Assembly (NCBI GenBank): GCA_965217775.1
Contig: CBDCJH010000002.1
Location: 4,544,001 to 4,608,000 of the forward strand
Reading direction: 5' to 3'
Source: Acidobacteriota bacterium
GTDB lineage: Bacteria > Acidobacteriota > UBA6911 > RPQK01 > JAJDTT01
DNA length: 64,000 bases
The notes beneath the pieces are model-generated. The model was not told where the DNA came from. It did not search any database and saw nothing but the letters and a program-made list of their open reading frames with translations. This document shows, in pieces, positions 29,493-38,175 of this stretch (position 1 is its first letter; each line of letters begins with the position of its first letter). Made by a program: the position numbers and the translations under genes.

Positions 29493-31603
29493 GATTTCAG
29501 GGGCAGCCGGACGCAGAAACGGGTGCCGCGTCCCACTTCGCTCTCCACTTCGATCGACCCTTGGTGCTGCTGCACGATCCCATAGCTGATGCTCAGACCC
29601 AGTCCCGTGCCCTGACCCACGGCCTTGGTGGTAAAGAAGGGCTCGAAGACCTTCCCCAGATGTTTCTTCCTGATTCCGGAACCGTCGTCCTCGATCTCGA
29701 TCACCGCCTCTCCGTTGTCGGTCGAAGTCCGGATCCGGATCTCACCGCGATCGAGAATAGCCTGACAAGCATTGGAGAGGACGTTCATGAAGACCTGGCT
29801 CATGCGCCCCGGGTGGCATTGCACCGGGGGCACGTCGCCATAGTCCTTTTGAATTCGGATCCGGTCGCGGTATTCGTTGTGCAGCAGGTTCAACGCCAGA
29901 TCCAGCGGCTCCTGGATCGGAACCCGCTGCGTCTTGTCCACGTCCATCCTGGAGAAGGTCCTCAGGTCTCCGATGATGGCGTGGATTCGCTCGGCCCCCT
30001 CCTCGAAGTTGTCCATCAGGCGGTCGAGATCCTCGATGACGAAATCGTAGTTGATGCGCCGCCGCAGGGAATCGAGCGTCTCCCGATCCTCCGGCCCGAG
30101 TCCGGAATGGCTATCGTAGAAGCGGATCACCTCTTCCAGCTTCTGAACGTACTGGCGCAGGAAGTCGGTGTTGCCGTAGATGAAGTTGAGGGGATTCTTG
30201 ATCTCGTGGGCGATGCCGGCGACCAGTTGGCCCAGCGACGCCATCTTTTCGCTCTGCACCAGTTGTACCTGCGTTTCCTTGAGTTCCTGATACGCCTTCC
30301 GAACTTCCCGGCCGGTCCGCTCCAGTTCGCTGGTCCTCTTCCTGACCTTCTCTTCCAGGCTGCGATTGAGCTCGATCAGGGCGTGGCTCCGATCCTGAAG
30401 CGACTGGGCCATTTCATTGAAGGTCACCGCCAACTCGCCGATCTCGTCCCGGGAGGCCACCTGCACCCGCTGGTCCAGCTCGCCCCCGGCCAGCACGCGG
30501 GCTCCCCGGGTGAGCCGTTTGACCGGGATGGTGATGCCCCGGGCGATGGAGTAGGTCAGCAGTCCCACCAGCAGGGCGGTCAGCGAGACGGCCCCCATCA
30601 GCACCTGCTTGAGGTCCTGCACGGGGGCGAAGATGTCTTCGTCGTTGATGCCGACTCCGCAGATCCACTGGAAGAAATCATGATTCACCACCGCCAGGCC
30701 GCTGATCTTGGAAGTGCCGGGGGGATACTCGTAGTAGAAGTGGGTGGCGCCGCCGGCGATGGCGTTCTGGAGATCTTCGAGGCCGTGGTCCTCCGCCAGA
30801 CGCGACCCGTAGTTGTCCACCAGGGGAACCCTCCCCCCTCCCGAGCCCGGCCGATTCCTCCGGTACTTGTGCCCGATGACGGTGTTCACGTCCTTTCCGA
30901 AGAGAAAGGCGTATCCGGAGGTCAGAGAGCGCCGTTCCAGATCCTCTTCGATGTTGTCCAGGATCGCTTGGACATACTCCCAGTTCATGTAGGCCAGGAT
31001 CCCTCCCAGCATCGCCCCCTCCGACATGAAGGGAGCCGCGAATCCGATGGATCTCTGGCGGGCGAGATCGTCGTCCTGATAGGAGTAGAGTTGCCGGATC
31101 AGAGGCGAGGCGTGCCAGTCCAGGTATCCGAATCGCCCCTGGCGGACCTGCTCCAGCCAACTGCCGTCCTCGGTATAGGAAAGGAGGTTCTGTCCCCGCA
31201 GGCCCGCGAGCCGTTCCGGGTCCAGACGCACGCCCACGGTGTTACGGTCGATGCTGCTGGTGGAGAGCACACGGCCCTCCCTGTCGAACAGCACCAGCAG
31301 GTCGTAGACCTCGTGCACCACCACCAACTGGTCCAGCAGCAGCGTGGGAGGATCGACGCGCCGGATCAGATAGTCTCCCAGTTCCCGGTAGAGGGTCATG
31401 GAGACCGTCTCCTCCTTCTTTTCCAGCATCGAAAGCAGGATGTTGTCGGCGATCCCCTGTGCGACCTGCTCCAGATAGAGGACGGTCCGGTCCTGGGTGA
31501 TCTGTTCCTTGGCCCGGTAATAGGCGAAATAACAGATGGCGGCCAAGGGGATCACCGCCAAAGGGAGAATGAAGAGGACCAGTTTGTGCCGGAGGCTTCT
31601 CAC
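29489..31603 (-). CDS. membrane sensor histidine kinase (Cache-like, HAMP, HisKA, HATPase)
   Basis: GTG start after GAAGGGAG; two TM segments, DEIGEL..FNEM HAMP, AGIAHEIKNPL, QVFMN, DDGSG, FEPFFTTK, GTGLGL. Confidence 0.93.
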   Translation of the reverse strand: MRSLRHKLVLFILPLAVIPLAAICYFAYYRAKEQITQDRTVLYLEQVAQGIADNILLSMLEKKEETVSMTLYRELGDYLIRRVDPPTLLLDQLVVVHEVYDLLVLFDREGRVLSTSSIDRNTVGVRLDPERLAGLRGQNLLSYTEDGSWLEQVRQGRFGYLDWHASPLIRQLYSYQDDDLARQRSIGFAAPFMSEGAMLGGILAYMNWEYVQAILDNIEEDLERRSLTSGYAFLFGKDVNTVIGHKYRRNRPGSGGGRVPLVDNYGSRLAEDHGLEDLQNAIAGGATHFYYEYPPGTSKISGLAVVNHDFFQWICGVGINDEDIFAPVQDLKQVLMGAVSLTALLVGLLTYSIARGITIPVKRLTRGARVLAGGELDQRVQVASRDEIGELAVTFNEMAQSLQDRSHALIELNRSLEEKVRKRTSELERTGREVRKAYQELKETQVQLVQSEKMASLGQLVAGIAHEIKNPLNFIYGNTDFLRQYVQKLEEVIRFYDSHSGLGPEDRETLDSLRRRINYDFVIEDLDRLMDNFEEGAERIHAIIGDLRTFSRMDVDKTQRVPIQEPLDLALNLLHNEYRDRIRIQKDYGDVPPVQCHPGRMSQVFMNVLSNACQAILDRGEIRIRTSTDNGEAVIEIEDDGSGIRKKHLGKVFEPFFTTKAVGQGTGLGLSISYGIVQQHQGSIEVESEVGRGTRFCVRLPLKS

Positions 31604-31617
31604 GGGACTCCCTTCAG

Positions 31618-31657
31618 TGTCCAGTTTATGGACAGTCCAGTGACAAATTTTACTACA
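31618..31657. promoter_or_regulatory. tandem TGTC-N9-GACA-like boxes upstream of the kinase operon
   Basis: TGTCCA-GTTTA-TGGACA (perfect inverted arms) and TGACAAATTTTACTACA, 23 bp apart. Confidence 0.6.
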
Positions 31658-31678
31658 TTTGGTGTCTGTGTCAACGGC

Positions 31679-31820
31679 GGAGGGGCGATTTCCAGTCGCC
31701 CACTCTTCGCTCACCCAACCCATTAAAGGGGGACTCCCTCCGGGACGGCGGTTGGAAACCGCCGCTCCACTGGGCGACTGGAAATCGCCCCTCCGGTCGG
31801 CGGCTGGAAACCGCCGCTCC
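31679..31820. repeat. cluster of 4 REP-like hairpins
   Basis: GGAGGGGCGATTTCCAGTCGCCC and GGAGCGGCGGTTTCCA(A/G)CCGCCG variants in both orientations. Confidence 0.8.
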
Positions 31821-32933
31821 CTATTCCGCTCTGAAGGTCTCGGATCGAACGGTGATTTGATCGATCCACTTGAGGTCGGGCTCGTAACCGATCCCGGGGT
31901 CCGTGGAAGGAGTGATGGTCCCGTCCGCGTCGACTTCGATGGGAGGCCGAGCCGTGTCCCGATGGAAATAGCGTCGGCTGGCCGAGACGTCGCCGGGGAG
32001 AGTGAAGTTCTCCAGAGTGGAGAGAGCCACATTGTGGGCGCGTCCGATGCCGGTCTCCAACATCCCTCCGCACCAGACCGGAACGCCCCGGGCCTGGCAG
32101 GCGTCGTGGACCGCCTTGGCCTCGGTGTGTCCTCCCACCCGTCCCATCTTGATGTTGACGATGCGGCAGGCTCCCACGGCGATGGCATGGTCCGCGTCCC
32201 GGCGGTGGCGAATCGATTCGTCCAGGCAGATGGGGGTCCGGAGCCGGGCCTGGAGCTCGACGTGCCGGAAGACGTCGTCGTACTCCAGGGGCTGCTCCAT
32301 CATCAGCAGGTCGAACCGGTCCAGTTCGGCCAGGTGGTCGAAGTCGGCCAAACCGTAGGCGGAGTTGGCGTCCACCATGAGTGAGATCCGGGGAAAGCGC
32401 TTGCGGACGGCGGCCACGATGTCGAGGTCCCAACCCGGCTTGATCTTGATCTTGATCCGCTGGTATCCGGCCTCCAGCTCTTCCTCGATCTTGCGCAGGA
32501 GAATGTCGGGGTGATCCTGGATGCCGATGGAGACCCCGCACGGGATCCGGCGATGGCGTCCCCCCAAAAGCTCCCACAGGGGCACTCCCGCCGCCTTGGC
32601 CCGGAGATCCCAGAGCGCGGCCTCCAGACCGGCCTTGGCCATGGGATGACCCCGGACCGACCTGACCCAGCCCGGAAACTCGTCCGCCCGGCTGAAACGG
32701 ACACCCAGCACGCGAGGGACCAGGAACCGGCTCAGGACCGGCCAGACGGTGTCTACCGTCTCATAACTGAAACCGGGTGCATCGTCGGCGACACACTCGC
32801 CCCAGCCGGAAAGCCCGTCCGCCCGGACCTCCAACAACAGGACCCGGCGGCCATGGACCCGGCCGAAGCTGGTCTCGAAGAAATGGATCAGAGGAAGGCT
32901 GATTTCGCGAACGACAACCCGCTCCAGCTTCAC
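31821..32933 (-). CDS. menC: o-succinylbenzoate synthase / N-acylamino acid racemase (enolase superfamily)
   Basis: FETSFG, KIKIKPG (KxK), MVDANSAY, MEQPL, CLDES, NIKMGRVGG, WCGGMLETGIGR, PGDVSAS. Confidence 0.85.
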   Translation of the reverse strand: MKLERVVVREISLPLIHFFETSFGRVHGRRVLLLEVRADGLSGWGECVADDAPGFSYETVDTVWPVLSRFLVPRVLGVRFSRADEFPGWVRSVRGHPMAKAGLEAALWDLRAKAAGVPLWELLGGRHRRIPCGVSIGIQDHPDILLRKIEEELEAGYQRIKIKIKPGWDLDIVAAVRKRFPRISLMVDANSAYGLADFDHLAELDRFDLLMMEQPLEYDDVFRHVELQARLRTPICLDESIRHRRDADHAIAVGACRIVNIKMGRVGGHTEAKAVHDACQARGVPVWCGGMLETGIGRAHNVALSTLENFTLPGDVSASRRYFHRDTARPPIEVDADGTITPSTDPGIGYEPDLKWIDQITVRSETFRAE

Positions 32934-34549
32934 TCTTTCCTTTTTCCTTTTTCCTTTTTCCTCGTTCCCCTCTCACCCCATCCCCCTCCTCCGGGGGTCT
33001 CGATCCGGACGGCCTGCCCGGCCGTGAGCTGGAGAGACACCTTGCCGGCGAGGTTCCTGCGACGGCCCCGGTCCACCAGGTAATTCCGGCCCTTCTTCCC
33101 GGTCTCTCCTCCGTTGAGTCCGTAGGGAGGGTTGACCCGCCGCTCCGACAGGATGGTCGTGGTGCAATCGGTCAAGGCCTCCAGGGTCCGGACGATTCCA
33201 TCCCCGCCTCGATATCTGCCCTTGGCGCCAGACCCGATTCTCAATCGGTACTCCCGAACCCGAAGCGGGAAATCGTACTCCAGGGCTTCGATGGGCGTGT
33301 TCAGGGAGTTGGTCATATGCGTGTGCACGCCGCTGGTACCGGGGCCGGACGGGCTGGCCCCCATGCCACCCCCGATGGTCTCGTAGTAGGAAAAGGGCTT
33401 GCCCGTGTCGGGGTGGACCCCGCCGATGGAGATGTTGTTCATGGTGCCGCTGCTGGCGGCCGGGATCCGGTCGGGCAGGGCTTGGGCCAGGGCCCGGAGC
33501 AGAACGTCCACGATCCGCTGGGAGGTCTCCACGTTGCCGCCGGCCGTCGCCGCCGGAAACCGGGCATCCACCACGCTTCCCTGCGGCGTGGAGACGCGGA
33601 CCGAGCGCATCAGCCCGGCGCTGGCGGGAGCATAGTCGGGAGCCAGGCAGCGGAGGACGTAATAGACGGCGGACCGGGTGACGGCGCGGACGGCGTTGAG
33701 GCAACCGGGTATCTGGGGTGCCGACCCCGCAAAATCGATCTTCATGGAATTCCTGGTGACCCGGATGCTGACACGAATCGGGACCGGCTCCGATCCCTTC
33801 CCGGGGTCGGCCTCATCCAACAGGTCCTCGGCCGTGTAGCGTCCGTCCGGGATCCGGCGAATGGTCTGCCGCATGATCTTCGCCGAATAGTCCTGCAGAG
33901 CCCGGCAGTACCTTTCCATCTCGGCTCTCCCGTTCTTTGCGACCAGCGCCCGCAGCCGCTTGTCGCCGACTCTCAGCGACCCCACCTGCGCGGCCAGATC
34001 CCCTTCCCGCTCCAGGGGGGTGCGGACGTTGCTGAGGAGGAGGCGGAGCAGGTCGACGTTCAATCGGCCCCGCCGGTAGAGCTTGGACGGCGGAACCCGG
34101 ATACCCTCTTGGAAGACGTCCCGGCTCAAGGGCATGGATCCGGGGGACATTCCCCCCACGTCCGCGTGATGGGCGCGACCGGCCACATAGAAGACGGGGC
34201 GGGCGAACCTGTCCGAAGGTTCGAACACGGGCGCCACCATGGTGAGATCGGGCAGGTGCGTTCCCCCGGCGAAGGGGTCGTTGAGGATCACCACGTCGCC
34301 CGGCTGCAGGGGCTCATGGGCGAGAGCCGCCTGGACCGACATGGGCATGGAGCCCAGATGGACCGGCATGTGGTCCCCCATGGCCACGAGCTGCGCCTTC
34401 GAGTCGAAGAGCGCACAGGAATAGTCTCGACGTTCCCGGACGTTGGAAGAATAGGCCGTGCGGTGGAGCACCGTCCCCATCTCCTCGGGGACCGAGGTCA
34501 GAAGATGCCGGTAGACCTCGAGTCTAACGGGATGGATACGTTTTGCCAC
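32930..34549 (-). CDS. hydantoinase B / oxoprolinase family protein
   Basis: EEMG..L.RTAYS.NVRERRDYSC, PVHLGSM, NDPFAGGTHLPD, HHADVGG, HMTNSLNTPIE, TPGGGGWG; GTG start at 34549. Confidence 0.92.
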   Translation of the reverse strand: MAKRIHPVRLEVYRHLLTSVPEEMGTVLHRTAYSSNVRERRDYSCALFDSKAQLVAMGDHMPVHLGSMPMSVQAALAHEPLQPGDVVILNDPFAGGTHLPDLTMVAPVFEPSDRFARPVFYVAGRAHHADVGGMSPGSMPLSRDVFQEGIRVPPSKLYRRGRLNVDLLRLLLSNVRTPLEREGDLAAQVGSLRVGDKRLRALVAKNGRAEMERYCRALQDYSAKIMRQTIRRIPDGRYTAEDLLDEADPGKGSEPVPIRVSIRVTRNSMKIDFAGSAPQIPGCLNAVRAVTRSAVYYVLRCLAPDYAPASAGLMRSVRVSTPQGSVVDARFPAATAGGNVETSQRIVDVLLRALAQALPDRIPAASSGTMNNISIGGVHPDTGKPFSYYETIGGGMGASPSGPGTSGVHTHMTNSLNTPIEALEYDFPLRVREYRLRIGSGAKGRYRGGDGIVRTLEALTDCTTTILSERRVNPPYGLNGGETGKKGRNYLVDRGRRRNLAGKVSLQLTAGQAVRIETPGGGGWGERGTRKKEKGKRKE

Positions 34550-34573
34550 GGCAGCAAAGATAGCAGAGAAAGA

Positions 34574-34783
34574 GGAGCGGCGGTTGGAGCGGCGGTTGGA
34601 GCGGCGGTTGGAGCGGCGGTTTCCAGCCGCCGAACTCCCAAGGAAACAAGGGGGCAAGAGTGGAGCGGCGGTTTCTAGCCGCCGAACTCCCAAGGAAACA
34701 AGGGGACAAGAGTGGAGGGGTGAATGGAAGACGGGGCGACTGGAAATCGCCCCTCCTGTGGGCGACAAGGATGTCGCCCCTCC
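34574..34783. repeat. REP cluster with tandem (GGAGCGGCGGTT)x4
   Basis: 12-bp tandem of the REP left arm ending in a full hairpin, plus a duplicated REP+AACTCCCAAGGAAACAAGGGG unit and two further hairpins. Confidence 0.85.
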
Positions 34784-34815
34784 TGGGAGACCGGCTGTTA
34801 TAATCGCGCGCTCTC

Positions 34816-35670
34816 ATGCGACGACTCGTGCTCACGCTGCAGATGATCAAGTTCGAGCACACCGTCTTCGCCCTGCCTTTTGCTTTTCTGGGAGCCCTTC
34901 TGGCCCAGCGCGGGTTGCCCGGGGGCGAGACCTGTATCTGGATCGTGGGGGCCATGGTGGGGGCGAGAAGCGCGGCCATGGCCTTCAATCGGCTGGTGGA
35001 CCGGCGCCAGGACCGGCTCAATCCCCGAACCGCCGGGCGGGAGCTTCCAAGGGAGCTGCTGAAACCCGGTTTCGTCATCGGCTTCATTCTGGCATCCGCC
35101 GGGCTCTTCTTCTTCTCGGCCTGGAGGTTGAATCCGCTCGCCCTGCTGCTGTCGCCGCCGGCCCTGGCCATCGTCCTGCTCTACAGCTATACGAAGAGGT
35201 TCACCTCGCTGTCCCATCTGTTCCTGGGACTCTCCCTGGCCATCGCGCCGGTCGGGGGTTGGGTGGCGGTGCGGGCAGAACTGTCCCTGGACCCGTTCTA
35301 CCTGGCGGCGGCGGTTCTGCTCTGGGTGGCCGGCTTCGACATCATCTATTCCTGCCAGGACACGGAATTCGACCGCCGCATGGGCCTGTACTCGATCCCC
35401 GGCCGCTTGGGAGTGGCCGCGGCCCTGAAGATCTCGGCGCTGCTGCACGCCGGGATGGTGGCCGTCCTGGGCTACGTTTTTCTCTCCTTCGATCTGGGCC
35501 TGTTGAGTTGGACCGGCCTGGTTCTGGTGACGGCCGCCCTGATCTACGAACATCGAATCGTCAGTCCTTCCGACCTGAGCCGGATCAACGCCGCGTTTTT
35601 TGCGGTCAACGGCGTTATCAGTCTAGGGCTGCTTCTGTTCGTAGGTCTGGATCTATGGCTGTTCCGGTAG
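34816..35670 (+). CDS. UbiA-family polyprenyltransferase (MqnP-like)
   Basis: IKFEHTVFALPFA, AMAFNRLVDR..D..NPRT..RELP, YSYTKRF, FDIIYSCQD. Confidence 0.9.
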   Translation: MRRLVLTLQMIKFEHTVFALPFAFLGALLAQRGLPGGETCIWIVGAMVGARSAAMAFNRLVDRRQDRLNPRTAGRELPRELLKPGFVIGFILASAGLFFFSAWRLNPLALLLSPPALAIVLLYSYTKRFTSLSHLFLGLSLAIAPVGGWVAVRAELSLDPFYLAAAVLLWVAGFDIIYSCQDTEFDRRMGLYSIPGRLGVAAALKISALLHAGMVAVLGYVFLSFDLGLLSWTGLVLVTAALIYEHRIVSPSDLSRINAAFFAVNGVISLGLLLFVGLDLWLFR

Positions 35671-36920
35671 ACGAATCTCCGACCCTGGCATTGGACCTCT
35701 CTGCCCGGGCCCGGCCGGGAGAAACGTCTCTCTCGCCGGAAGGGCGGGAGCCGGTGGTCCGCATGGTGGACCTCATCGTCTTCGACGCCATCGGCAAGAG
35801 AGCCAGCGATATTCACCTGGAGACCTACGACGGAGAGTTCCGGATCCGCTATCGGATCGACGGGGTCCTCTATCCGGTCGCCGCGCCCCCCCTGGCCCTT
35901 CGGGATGCCCTGATCTCCCGAGTCAAGATCCTGGGCGATCTGGACATCGGCGAACGGCGGCTACCACAGGACGGCCGAATCCGGATGAAGGTGCCGCAGG
36001 CCGGAGCGGACCGGGAGATCGATCTCCGCGTCTCCTCCCTTCCCACCATATTCGGAGAAAAGCTGGTGTTGAGGATCCTGGACCGGAAGCACCTCCCGCG
36101 GAGCCTGTCCGAACTCGGGATGGAGGAGGGCTCCCTCGAGGGGATGAGGAAAGCCCTGCGGAGACCTCATGGAATCGTGCTGGCCACCGGCCCCACCGGC
36201 AGCGGGAAGACCAGCACCCTCTACACCTGCCTGTCCCGGCTCAACCACCCCGGAATGAACATCAACACCGTGGAGGACCCGGTGGAGTTCAACCTCCCGG
36301 GGATCAACCAGGTCCAGACCAAGGACCCGGTGGGTCTGGGCTTCGCCACGGCGCTCCGGGCACTGCTGCGCCAAGACCCGGACATCCTCATGGTGGGGGA
36401 GATCCGGGACCGGGAAACCGCGGAGATCGCCATTCGCGCCGCCATCACCGGACACCTGGTGTTGAGCACCCTGCATACGAACGACGCCGCGTCGACGGTG
36501 GGCCGGCTGCTGGACATGGGGATTCCTCCGTTCCTCATCGCCAATTCGGTGAACCTGGTGTGTGCCCAACGGCTGGTGAGGAGGCTGTGCGGGGAATGCA
36601 AGGAGCCGAACCGGTCCCCGATATCGATCCTGGAACCGGGCGGAACCGAGACCGGACCGGCCCTCGAGATCTCCCGCTTCGACGCCCGGGGTTGCCCCGC
36701 CTGTCACGGCACAGGCTATCGCGGGCGGATCGGACTGTTCGAGACCATGGAGGTGACCGAAACCATCCGGCAACTGATCCTCCAGGGCGCCGACGCCACC
36801 GAGATCCGGAAACAGGCGGTCAGCGAGGGGATGATCACCCTGCGGGACAGCGGACTGGCGAAGATTCGCTCCGGCGTCAGCACCGTGGAGGAGGTGCTGA
36901 AGGCGACGCACCTCGCTTGA
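35655..36920 (+). CDS. pilB: type IV pilus/T2SS assembly ATPase (PilB/GspE), short N-terminus
   Basis: ASDIHLE, ERRLPQDGR, GPTGSGKTST, TVEDPVE, LRQDPDILMVGEIRD, TGHLVLSTLHTND, CxxC Zn motifs. Confidence 0.88.
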   Translation: MAVPVDESPTLALDLSARARPGETSLSPEGREPVVRMVDLIVFDAIGKRASDIHLETYDGEFRIRYRIDGVLYPVAAPPLALRDALISRVKILGDLDIGERRLPQDGRIRMKVPQAGADREIDLRVSSLPTIFGEKLVLRILDRKHLPRSLSELGMEEGSLEGMRKALRRPHGIVLATGPTGSGKTSTLYTCLSRLNHPGMNINTVEDPVEFNLPGINQVQTKDPVGLGFATALRALLRQDPDILMVGEIRDRETAEIAIRAAITGHLVLSTLHTNDAASTVGRLLDMGIPPFLIANSVNLVCAQRLVRRLCGECKEPNRSPISILEPGGTETGPALEISRFDARGCPACHGTGYRGRIGLFETMEVTETIRQLILQGADATEIRKQAVSEGMITLRDSGLAKIRSGVSTVEEVLKATHLA

Positions 36921-36931
36921 ACCGGTGAAAC

Positions 36932-38020
36932 ATGCAAGTCGATCAGACGCATCCCACGGGACAGATCCTGAACCTGTTGCGGCTGGCCCACGACTCCGGC
37001 GCCAGCGACCTGCATCTCATTCCCGATTCCGTACCCTGCATGCGCGTCCACGGCCGGCTGGTGGCCGCGAACCATCTCCGGCTGAACCTGGAAGAAGCCC
37101 GGCACCTGGCCTACGGCATCATGTCCGACCGGCAGAGGGCCCGCTTCGAGCGTCTCCGGGAGATCGACTTCAGCTTCGAGGTGGAGGGACTGTCCCGATT
37201 CCGCGCCAACGTCTTCACCCGCCGCGGGAAGCCGGCGGCCGTCGTGCGTCTGATTCCGCTTCAGGTCGAACGCCTGGAGGAGTTGAGCCTGCCGGCGGTG
37301 GTGGCGGGTCTGGCCGTCCGGCCCCATGGCCTGATCCTGGTGGCCGGCTCCTCCGGCAGCGGCAAATCGACCACGCTGGCGGCTCTCATCGACCGGATCA
37401 ATCGAACCCAGGCCAAGCACATCATCACCATCGAGGATCCCATCGAGTTCGTGCACCAAAACCACAAGAGCGTCGTCAGCCAGAGGGAGGTACCGGGGGA
37501 TTCCCCCTCCTTTGCGTCGGCGCTCCGCATGGCCCTGCGCCAGGACCCCGACGTGGTCCTGGTGGGGGAGATGAGGGATTCCGAGACCATCGAGACCACC
37601 CTCCGGCTGGCCGAAACGGGGCACCTGACCTTTTCGACCCTCCACACGCGATCGGCCCCCGACACCATCGGGAGAATACTGGACATGTTCCCGGCCGATC
37701 AGCAGGGACGGATCCAGTCCCTCCTCTCCTCGGTCCTGGAGGGAATCGTCTGTCAGGCCCTGATGCCGTGCCGGAAGGAGCCGGGACGCGCCGTGGCCGC
37801 GGAAGTCCTGATTCCCAACCCGGCCATTCGGAACCTGATCCGTGAGCACAAGCTCCACCAGATCCGCTCGGCCATGCAGACGGGCCAAGCCGGAAGCGGA
37901 ATGTGCACGCTGAATCAGAGTTTGGCCAAGCTGTTCCACGCCGGCCGGATCTCCTACGAAACCTGCCTGGAGGTCTCGCCGGACGCTGCCGATCTGCGGC
38001 GGTGCCTGGAGCGGCGGTAG
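36932..38020 (+). CDS. pilT: type IV pilus retraction ATPase
   Basis: ASDLHL, RFRANVF, GSGKSTT, TIEDPIEF, LRQDPDVVLVGEMRD, AETGHL, AIRNLIRE motif. Confidence 0.92.
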   Translation: MQVDQTHPTGQILNLLRLAHDSGASDLHLIPDSVPCMRVHGRLVAANHLRLNLEEARHLAYGIMSDRQRARFERLREIDFSFEVEGLSRFRANVFTRRGKPAAVVRLIPLQVERLEELSLPAVVAGLAVRPHGLILVAGSSGSGKSTTLAALIDRINRTQAKHIITIEDPIEFVHQNHKSVVSQREVPGDSPSFASALRMALRQDPDVVLVGEMRDSETIETTLRLAETGHLTFSTLHTRSAPDTIGRILDMFPADQQGRIQSLLSSVLEGIVCQALMPCRKEPGRAVAAEVLIPNPAIRNLIREHKLHQIRSAMQTGQAGSGMCTLNQSLAKLFHAGRISYETCLEVSPDAADLRRCLERR

Positions 38021-38175
38021 GAAGGTTCGGGTCGAGTCCCAACACAGGCGGTTCGATGGGCATGGATTAACGGGCGTGGATCACTACTTGTACTGCAAAA
38101 TGGCACTGAAGAGTCCGCCGGTTGCGCATTGCGGGAACGGCCTGGACCTCCAACGGTGCGATTCAACGGCAGTGG

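Noticed and set aside
31604-32188. 195-aa N-terminal extension of the histidine kinase
   Set aside because: Runs through REPs and the menC 3' end; a good RBS precedes GTG at 31603.
34584-35654. N-terminal 357 aa of the 778-aa ORF as a PilB extension
   Set aside because: It overlaps the REP cluster and the real ubiA-like gene in another frame, and is low-complexity Arg/Gly/Pro sequence.
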